Source of the DNA: Promethearchaeota archaeon
GTDB taxonomy: Archaea > Asgardarchaeota > Thorarchaeia > Thorarchaeales > Thorarchaeaceae
Reading direction: 5' to 3'
Assembly: GCA_014728035.1 (NCBI GenBank)
Contig: WJMJ01000012.1
Coordinates: forward strand, 1-15,027
Length of the DNA stretch: 15,027 nt
The translations under genes and the position numbers were made by a program. Below, piece by piece: positions 8,823 to 15,027 of the stretch (the first letter of the stretch is position 1; the number at the start of each line of letters is the position of its first letter). The notes below the pieces were generated by a model. That model did not search any database. It had not been told where the DNA came from and was given only the letters and a program-made list of their open reading frames with translations.

Positions 8823-9869
8823 ATGATGATAGAGCGGTCAAGGTTACTACGTAGCAAATCATTGAAGCAGACCCTTGTGCATCTATGCAGAGAAGGTCTG
8901 TTAGTAGACATCATTCTACGTTCTTTTACTCATTATGATGTCCCAAGGAAAATCAGAGAGAACATCGAGAACGTTCGAATTCTTAATGTCGCAAATGATC
9001 ATATAGTAGTGGGTCCCAAGAAACCAATCAGTACAGCAATCATCACAATAGAAGAGATAGGACTTGTACTGATTTCTAAAGATAGACGTCGAGAAGACGA
9101 AGATGAGATTGATTCGCTTATCGAAAAAGAATGCCCAGATTGGCAACGAGACCTCACTCATAGTGATACAGAGGATTCAGAAGCGACAGATTGTATCGAA
9201 GTTATTGAAGAAGATGAACTGACATACTACTTGGAAAATAATCAATTTGTAGTACTGGAGATTTATGCACCATGGTGCCAACACTGTCAGGAAGTAGAAG
9301 AAATTCTTGAGGAGTTAGCACCTCAATATCACAATGTATCATTTCTTAGTATTGACGGAGATATCTACGAGGATATTTGCGAACGGTTCGATATCACGTC
9401 TTATCCAACAGTGATTCTATTTAAAGATGGAGAGGTATATGGAACTATAACTGGAGCGGGAAATCAGGATTTCTATGAGAGATACATCGATAGAATGATT
9501 GGAATCAATCCTCCCATAATGGTTGAGAAAGAAGCTGACGGAACAGTACATCTAATGTCAGGTTCTGATATTTTTGAAAAATTCCAACATCTCCCTCTTT
9601 CGGTCGTGATGTTTTTCAAACGGGGAGATTATGAGTGCCAACTGCAATCACGAGCCATGAACGAACTTGCAAAGGAATACAAATCGAAAGTATACTTTGC
9701 AAAAGTGGATATTGAAAAAGATAAAGTCACTTCAGAGTTATTTGATGTGGAAGTCACACCAGAAGTCTATCTTCTTAAAGGTGGAGATTTAATTGGCTAT
9801 TCTCCAGATCGTCTCACAAAGACTGAACTACGGGATGCTATTGAAGAAGCTCTTACAATGAAACAATAG
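8823..9869 (+). CDS. Tandem thioredoxin-domain protein with an unassigned N-terminal domain
   Basis: Trx domain 1: VLEIYAPWCQHC ... F.ITSYPTVILFKDG. Trx domain 2: VMFFKRGDYEC ... FAKVDIEK ... FDVEVTPEVYLLKGG, with the first Cys missing. Acidic linker, G-rich RBS, no signal peptide. Divergent from nurA. Confidence 0.88.
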   Translation: MMIERSRLLRSKSLKQTLVHLCREGLLVDIILRSFTHYDVPRKIRENIENVRILNVANDHIVVGPKKPISTAIITIEEIGLVLISKDRRREDEDEIDSLIEKECPDWQRDLTHSDTEDSEATDCIEVIEEDELTYYLENNQFVVLEIYAPWCQHCQEVEEILEELAPQYHNVSFLSIDGDIYEDICERFDITSYPTVILFKDGEVYGTITGAGNQDFYERYIDRMIGINPPIMVEKEADGTVHLMSGSDIFEKFQHLPLSVVMFFKRGDYECQLQSRAMNELAKEYKSKVYFAKVDIEKDKVTSELFDVEVTPEVYLLKGGDLIGYSPDRLTKTELRDAIEEALTMKQ

Positions 9870-10054
9870 CATACCTCGGACAAATACATCAGTTCAATCA
9901 AGTTGGACCAAATACATTTTCTAACCTGTGATGGCATTCTTGATTGATATAACAAAAACGCACTCTAGATTGGAAACATTTGCACACAGACAGTTATCAA
10001 TAAATTCAAATAGCAAGTGAGGTATCATTAACTATTGTTATCAGAGGGAGAAGG

Positions 10055-11332
10055 ATGCGTACAATCAAGTTTATACTTTCAATAATGCTCATACTGTCTG
10101 GAATAGGAGTGCTTTCAACTGCCAGTTTTGTTTCTAGTCAAGAAGATATTCAGGTAACTAATGCGTTTCCAAACTTGTCATTCACACAACCGCTAGGATT
10201 GGTTAGTCCTGATGACGGAACAGACCGGATATTCATAGTGACCAAGCCTGGGGAGATTTATGTTTTTGATAATGACCCCTCCGTGACAGCGGCCACTCTA
10301 TTTCTAGATATTAAAGATAAAGTGAATGACATTGGAGGAGAGGAAGGTCTCTTGGGTCTGGCATTCCATCCTGATTACAGTTCAAATGGATACTTCTTTG
10401 TCGATTACACTGCTGATTCTCCTAGAAGAACAGTAATAGAGAGATACACTGTTTCAGAGGATAATGTAAACCAAGCTGATTCAACAAGTGGTCAAGTAAT
10501 CCTTGAAGTAGACCAACCTTATGCAAATCACAATGGGGGTCAGATTGGTTTTGGTCCCAATGGCTTCTTGTACATAGCTCTTGGAGATGGAGGATCTGGT
10601 GGAGACCCTGATGGGAATGGACAGGATAGAACCAATCTCCTTGGAGCTATTCTGAGGATAGATGTCGATACCACTGATGAAGGATTGGAATATGGAATTC
10701 CTGACACCAATCCATTTGTAGATAATACGGATGGGTACAAGGAAGAGATCTATGCTTATGGACTGAGGAATCCATGGAGATTCAGTTGGGACTCTGAAAC
10801 CGATGAGATGTGGACAGCTGACGTTGGGCAAGGAGAAGTAGAAGAGATTGATATCATCGAGAGTGGCAACAACTATGGCTGGAATGTAATGGAGGGTGAT
10901 CAATGCTACGAACCAGATACAGGATGTGATTCTACTGATCTCACTATGCCGATATGGACATACCAACATGATGTGGGAAATTCTATCACGGGAGGATTCG
11001 TGTATAGAGGAACCAACAATCCTAATCTCATAGGGAAGTACATCTATGGAGACTTTGGCTCTGGAAAAATCTGGGCATTAGATTATGATGGAGAAAGTGA
11101 AACAAGTAATGAGGAACTACTTGATACTACTTCTCAAATTTCCTCATTTGGCATTGATTCCAATAATGAACTATATGTCATTGACTTTGCGGGAGAGATC
11201 TATATTTTTGGAGACTCAAATGGGGGTACTACTCCAAACCAAAATGACATGATGTTGGAAATCGTACTTGTAGGTGGTATAGCAGCTATAATTATTGTAG
11301 TTGCTGCTGCATTCTACTTGAAGAAAAGATGA
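10055..11332 (+). CDS. Secreted, C-terminally membrane-anchored glucose/sorbosone dehydrogenase-family (PQQ-dependent sugar dehydrogenase-like) beta-propeller
   Basis: N-terminal signal peptide; motifs GEEGLLGLAFHP, NHNGGQIGFGPNGFLYIALGDGG, YAYGLRNPWRFS, GNNYGW, SITGGFVYRG, YIYGDF and ISSFG.D; C-terminal hydrophobic helix ending in KKR. Confidence 0.9.
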   Translation: MRTIKFILSIMLILSGIGVLSTASFVSSQEDIQVTNAFPNLSFTQPLGLVSPDDGTDRIFIVTKPGEIYVFDNDPSVTAATLFLDIKDKVNDIGGEEGLLGLAFHPDYSSNGYFFVDYTADSPRRTVIERYTVSEDNVNQADSTSGQVILEVDQPYANHNGGQIGFGPNGFLYIALGDGGSGGDPDGNGQDRTNLLGAILRIDVDTTDEGLEYGIPDTNPFVDNTDGYKEEIYAYGLRNPWRFSWDSETDEMWTADVGQGEVEEIDIIESGNNYGWNVMEGDQCYEPDTGCDSTDLTMPIWTYQHDVGNSITGGFVYRGTNNPNLIGKYIYGDFGSGKIWALDYDGESETSNEELLDTTSQISSFGIDSNNELYVIDFAGEIYIFGDSNGGTTPNQNDMMLEIVLVGGIAAIIIVVAAAFYLKKR

Positions 11333-11350
11333 ATCAAATTGTATCGGGTT

Positions 11351-11395
11351 AATAAAAAAGACAACCCATACCCAGCGGATATGGGCATGTGTCTT
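11351..11395 (-). terminator. Putative terminator between convergent genes (imperfect hairpin + U-tract)
   Basis: AAGACA/TGTCTT (11358-11363 / 11390-11395) and CCCATA/TATGGG (11365-11370 / 11380-11385) stems. On the minus strand the stem runs into TTTTTT (11354-11359). Confidence 0.4.
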
Positions 11396-12344
11396 ATTTT
11401 AGAGAGATACTAATCTCTCGCATTAATGGTTTGAGACCCTTGAAGAGAAGCATCATAGCTAGAAGAATAAACACGAATCCAGCTAGCCCTGTACTGATGG
11501 TCATACTCCATGCTAGTATCTCTTCATTCAAATTGATTCCTAATCTTGCCAAGACAAAGGATACAAGACCAAATAGACTACCACACATTGAGAAGAATGC
11601 TGGAACCCGACGAGACACACTGATGTTTAGAGGTCCAAGAGTAAGATCTAAGGCTTTCTTCTGAATCGTAATAGTAGCTGATTCCTTTCCTAAAGGTGTG
11701 ATTTCACCATCGGGAGATACAATTTGAAATTCAACATCAAGATTGTAGTTTCCTTCTTTGATTGGTAAAACTTTGAATTCAGCCCTTGTTTCAACATCAA
11801 GTTCTGTAACTTTGATATCTCGGGATGCGGGGGAAATATTACATCCGCTGCAGACCGGGATAATTCTAACCTGACCAGTACGAGGAAGCTTGTAGGTGGT
11901 CTCGGACTCTTTAACTGAAGCCCCGTCAGGAGCGACCACTTTGAAATCTGGCCTGTGCAGAGTGACTGTTAAGTCATATTCTTCGTCCAAAGCCATTCGT
12001 TCCCAGTAGGTCAAAGACGCCTTACGATCAAATGTTGCACTAGGTGGAGCTCTATCTACTTCACCTGGATCTATATCAAACACTTCAGGTTCAGATTTAA
12101 ATTCACCATGCATGCTTGGACGGCTCTCAATTGATGGTGTACGCTTTTCAAGTGCTCCAGGAACGGATTCTGCTTCAATCTTCACTACATCAGGAGTAGG
12201 ATGTGATTCTGATTCCGAATATTTCTCCATTCCAGAACGCTTACTTTTCTGCTTTTGAGTTCCTTTTCCATTACCTGCTATTAATGCGTAGACTAACATA
12301 AGCAATGAAAGACCAAGAATTGCAAGTCCAATATACTCTATCAA
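11394..12344 (-). CDS. Hypothetical membrane protein: N-terminal TM, disordered linker, beta-rich (Ig-like) domain, two C-terminal TMs
   Basis: 316-aa ORF with TTG start. Hydrophobic segments at about residues 4-24, 249-270 and 277-301; alternating beta-strand pattern at about 106-228. Confidence 0.75.
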   Translation of the reverse strand: MIEYIGLAILGLSLLMLVYALIAGNGKGTQKQKSKRSGMEKYSESESHPTPDVVKIEAESVPGALEKRTPSIESRPSMHGEFKSEPEVFDIDPGEVDRAPPSATFDRKASLTYWERMALDEEYDLTVTLHRPDFKVVAPDGASVKESETTYKLPRTGQVRIIPVCSGCNISPASRDIKVTELDVETRAEFKVLPIKEGNYNLDVEFQIVSPDGEITPLGKESATITIQKKALDLTLGPLNISVSRRVPAFFSMCGSLFGLVSFVLARLGINLNEEILAWSMTISTGLAGFVFILLAMMLLFKGLKPLMREISISLK

Positions 12345-12439
12345 CGCGACTTACCCAAGAAGTAACACGTGATTTATGATAAATGCCTTTCCCCGAGATA
12401 AGAAAACTGGAGTAGATTGAATCGTTATTATATCCCACA

Positions 12440-12871
12440 TTACAAATGATAGAAGATATAGAAAGCTACTCCGCCACCAAAGGAATAGAGCCATAGAATT
12501 GCAGTTGCCCACATTAGTCTTCGTTTTCCACACAGTAACGGTTCAGAATTTCTTAATGCCATGATGAATCGTACTGTAAAAAGAACACCAAATGCAATCG
12601 CAATGATACCCACAAAGCTATGAATCAATATGATAGCTGGACCAGGTGGTGTTGGAAGAGTAAGAAATGCATTAAAGTTGATTACAAGCGAAGGAACCAT
12701 TATACTTGCAATGGTAACCAGATTCACCACTGTTGAAACTGCCATTACCTTTCCGTGATACCTGAAAGGTTTCTTTTTATATATTCCAAATAGCAACAAG
12801 ACCACCAATCCTACTTGAGTAAATAGGTTGATGTCAACGAGTATTGGACTTGAAGAGCCGAATAATATCAT
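12440..12871 (-). CDS. DUF420-like four-TM membrane protein
   Basis: Four hydrophobic helices with His residues in YHGKVM and IHSFVG, and a C-terminal LW...GG..FY pattern typical of DUF420/YozB-like proteins. Starts 6 nt after the NmrA-like gene stop. Confidence 0.7.
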   Translation of the reverse strand: MILFGSSSPILVDINLFTQVGLVVLLLFGIYKKKPFRYHGKVMAVSTVVNLVTIASIMVPSLVINFNAFLTLPTPPGPAIILIHSFVGIIAIAFGVLFTVRFIMALRNSEPLLCGKRRLMWATAILWLYSFGGGVAFYIFYHL

Positions 12872-12877
12872 AGAATA

Positions 12878-13750
12878 TCAATCCTCCATATCCTTCATCC
12901 AAAGATGTTTGTGGTCGATAACAAATTGTTCTAGTGTGATAGGATCTCGTTCCATCAGTTTCTCAAAGTCTTTTGATTTCTTTCCTGCAAGTCTCCATCT
13001 AACCATTTTGAACAACATGTTCAAGACCTCAATCATATCAGAATGCCAACCTTGATTCAGCCGTTTCTGTTTGAATTCCTTTGGAGAAGGTTTCGGATAA
13101 TCAATAGGCCTTCCCAATACTTCCGTAAATATCTTCGCAATATCAAAATAGTTCAGTGATTCACTTCCTGTAAGTTCAAAGATTCGATTATCATCAGAAG
13201 AGTTTGCAAGTGAACGCACTGCAACAGAAGCAATATCACGAGCATCAATAAGGGCCATTTTTCCTTTTCCAGCTGGAACCAAAATTTCATCACGGGTGCG
13301 GATATCCTCTAAAAATTGAGTTGAAAAATTCTGCATGAAGAATCCAGCACGAAGAAAAGTGTATCTCATTGAACTCTTTTTCAGAAATTGTTCCACATCA
13401 TAATGAGGCATCCTACGGTTGATACCAAACAATGAAAGAAACACCATATGCTCTACTCCAACTTTTTCAGCATATCTAAGAGCCGGAATCATTCCTTCTT
13501 TTGTGTCAGCTATCTGGGGAGGACGGATAAAGAACACCTGTTCGATTCCAGAAAAAACCGACTCGTATGTAGATGGTTCATAAAAATCGAAAAAGCAGAT
13601 ATCTTCAACATCTTCAAAGGATGCTTTTGCGGCTTCAATATCGTACGCACCGATACGTATTCTCATTCCTCTCTCTAATGCGTATTCTACGACATAACTA
13701 CCAACATTTCCAGGAGCTCCAATCACCAAAATATCAGATTCCGATTTCAT
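12878..13750 (-). CDS. NmrA-like atypical SDR, NAD(P)H-binding oxidoreductase (Qor2/YtfG/azoreductase-like)
   Basis: Rossmann motif ILVIGAPGNVG, plus GV.HMVFLS, H..VE..L, YTFLRAGFFMQNF, IDARDIA and ELTGSESL. Start revised to Met33 of the track ORF (13750), six residues ahead of the beta1 strand. Confidence 0.88.
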   Translation of the reverse strand: MKSESDILVIGAPGNVGSYVVEYALERGMRIRIGAYDIEAAKASFEDVEDICFFDFYEPSTYESVFSGIEQVFFIRPPQIADTKEGMIPALRYAEKVGVEHMVFLSLFGINRRMPHYDVEQFLKKSSMRYTFLRAGFFMQNFSTQFLEDIRTRDEILVPAGKGKMALIDARDIASVAVRSLANSSDDNRIFELTGSESLNYFDIAKIFTEVLGRPIDYPKPSPKEFKQKRLNQGWHSDMIEVLNMLFKMVRWRLAGKKSKDFEKLMERDPITLEQFVIDHKHLWMKDMED

Positions 13751-13816
13751 ACAATTAACCACTTCTAATGGACACACAATATTCAGAACAATTCTAGGAA
13801 CAGGAGTATATAGGGA

Positions 13817-13859
13817 AGTACTATCAAGGAAGAACCATAGGTACAAGCTTGATACTATT
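13817..13859. promoter_or_regulatory. Imperfect inverted repeat, candidate HxlR-family operator
   Basis: AGTACTATCAAG (13817-13828) and CTTGATACTATT (13848-13859) are complementary at 10 of 12 positions with a 19-bp spacer, inside the divergent nmrA-like/hxlR gap. Confidence 0.4.
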
Positions 13860-13872
13860 GGATGTTGATTGA

Positions 13873-14223
13873 ATGGCTAGTTCAAAGAAAGACCTCCGCA
13901 AATTTGGTGAACATGGTCCTCCAGTGGAAGTGACTCTGAAAGTTATTGGAGGGAAATGGAAGCCTCTAATAATCTACCATCTCATGAGTGGGACGCATAG
14001 ATCTGGAGAGCTTCATAAGAAGATGCCATTTGTAACACGACGAATGTTTACTAAACACCTCCGAGAATTAGAAGCAGATGAGATTGTGACACGCGAAGTA
14101 TACAAAGAGGTTCCTCCACGAGTCGAATACTCACTTACTGAAATTGGAAGAACCCTAAAGAAAGTCCTAGATCCTATTCATCAATGGGGAATTGAGTACA
14201 TTGAATATCTCAATCAGCAATGA
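13873..14223 (+). CDS. HxlR/DUF24 (MarR-type) winged-helix transcriptional regulator
   Basis: PVE.TL.VIGGKWK.LI, R.GEL, LRELEAD.IV.R.VY.EVPPRVEYSLT..G..L..VL..I..WG. Divergent from an NmrA-like oxidoreductase, as in the YtfH/YtfG and QorR/Qor2 pairs. Confidence 0.93.
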   Translation: MASSKKDLRKFGEHGPPVEVTLKVIGGKWKPLIIYHLMSGTHRSGELHKKMPFVTRRMFTKHLRELEADEIVTREVYKEVPPRVEYSLTEIGRTLKKVLDPIHQWGIEYIEYLNQQ

Positions 14224-14304
14224 TAATTGACATATGAAGAGTAGAGAATTCTTCTCCACTTGAAAATTAATTGGCTAATATCAATGTTCTATCTTTGAAG
14301 AGGT

Positions 14305-14871
14305 TCATTTTGGGAGAATCCCATATTTCTCTTCAAATTCTTCTTTAAGAATATCCATTATCTTAACATCGTATCTTGAACCATCACGATACACCAGTTC
14401 TCTAAGGGTCCCACTTGTTTTGAATCCAAATTTTTTGTAGAATGAGATTGCTGACGTGTTGAAATCCTCCACCCAGAGATGGACTGCATGAAGGTCTAGT
14501 ACGAAAAATGCAAAATCAAGAGTAACTCTTAAGCTATCCAATCCAAAACCCTTACCTCGGAATTCAGGGTCAAAGATTGCAATCTGACTAACCTCAGCAA
14601 ATCTACTAATCCAGCTAATCCCAGTCAAATCGACAAGACCAATTAGCCTGTCATTTTCAATTGTTTCAATTCCAAATGTGAAACTCTCTCTTTTACTATA
14701 AGATTCATTTCGAGAAAGAATGAACTCTTCCAAGTCATTCAGACTTGTTGGAAGAGGTGATGGAAGGTACTGTCGCAGGGAATAATCATTCCAGTGCTTC
14801 AAAATAATCTCTGCATCAGCTCTTCTAAGTTTCCGTAATCTAACTAGATCTCCATGATACATATTCATCAT
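14305..14871 (-). CDS. GNAT N-acetyltransferase, RimJ/RimL/SpeG-like
   Basis: V.LR.L...D..., acetyl-CoA motif FRGKGFG, FAF..LDLH.V.L.V...N..AI.FYKKFGF...G.LRE, and D...M.IL..E. Confidence 0.9.
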   Translation of the reverse strand: MMNMYHGDLVRLRKLRRADAEIILKHWNDYSLRQYLPSPLPTSLNDLEEFILSRNESYSKRESFTFGIETIENDRLIGLVDLTGISWISRFAEVSQIAIFDPEFRGKGFGLDSLRVTLDFAFFVLDLHAVHLWVEDFNTSAISFYKKFGFKTSGTLRELVYRDGSRYDVKIMDILKEEFEEKYGILPK

Positions 14872-14889
14872 ATAATACTAGGAGGTGTG

Positions 14890-14907
14890 TTATTTAACAA
14901 TTGTTAA
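14890..14907 (-). promoter_or_regulatory. Candidate TATA box (TTAAATAA) overlapped by a perfect 14-bp palindrome upstream of the GNAT gene
   Basis: Minus-strand TTAAATAA at 14897-14890 lies about 20 nt before the ATG with no RBS, consistent with a leaderless transcript. TTAACAATTGTTAA at 14894-14907. Confidence 0.45.
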
Positions 14908-15027
14908 TCGTATTGTAAATTCGTACATATCTAATGGATTCTTGGTGAATAGAAAGTACTAGATGTTACGGATTTCATTTGGAATGACATCTAGTAGCTG
15001 TTTTAGATAGAAAAGAGATTGGTATAC

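Noticed and set aside
5083-8914. Small ORFs overlapping mre11, herA, nurA and the Trx gene start (e.g. 5083-5325, 5597-5806, 6432-6659, 8289-8609, 8678-8914)
   Set aside because: They overlap well-supported genes and carry no recognisable motifs.
10481-13758. ORFs 10481-10969, 10540-10740, 11389-11664, 12351-12533, 12828-13055, 13448-13678, 13573-13758
   Set aside because: Antisense or out-of-frame overlaps of confident CDSs with no independent support.
13751-13846. 32-aa N-terminal extension of the NmrA-like ORF in the track
   Set aside because: It would consume the divergent promoter region. The Rossmann beta1 strand begins just after Met33, the normal start position for the family.
14240-14260. 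Imperfect hairpin AGTAGAGAA-TTC-TTCTCCACT between convergent hxlR and GNAT
   Set aside because: Could be a terminator, but the stem is short with a 3-nt loop and no clear U-tract; too weak to call.
14881-14887. Perfect SD-like GGAGGTG on the plus strand
   Set aside because: No suitably spaced start codon with a sustained open frame follows; treated as chance.

Overview
Archaeal chromosomal DNA, low GC and gene-dense, with GAGGT/GGAGG-type ribosome-binding sites and TATA-like boxes. The gene content and the C-terminally anchored secreted protein suggest an Asgard archaeon, possibly Thorarchaeia; this is inference only. The core is a complete, tightly coupled minus-strand double-strand-break end-resection operon, nurA-herA-mre11-rad50 (1927-8593). 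Downstream on the same strand are a class II (Ntn) glutamine amidotransferase of the YafJ/EgtC/Dug3 family with an unexpected C-terminal winged-helix-like domain, a small acidic hypothetical protein, and the 5' end of an M28-like peptidase cut by the window edge. Divergent from nurA is a tandem-thioredoxin protein (WCQHC plus degenerate DxxC) with an unassigned, possibly Sm/Hfq-like N-terminal domain, followed by a membrane-anchored glucose/sorbosone dehydrogenase-family beta-propeller. The right end holds a 3-TM protein with a probable cytoplasmic beta-sandwich, a DUF420-like membrane protein, a divergent NmrA-like oxidoreductase / HxlR regulator pair and a RimJ/RimL-type GNAT. No RNA genes, CRISPR arrays or mobile elements were seen. 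The most notable points are the GATase-wHTH fusion, the non-canonical HerA Walker A (GKG), the Sm-like/tandem-Trx architecture and the Cys-free HxlR.
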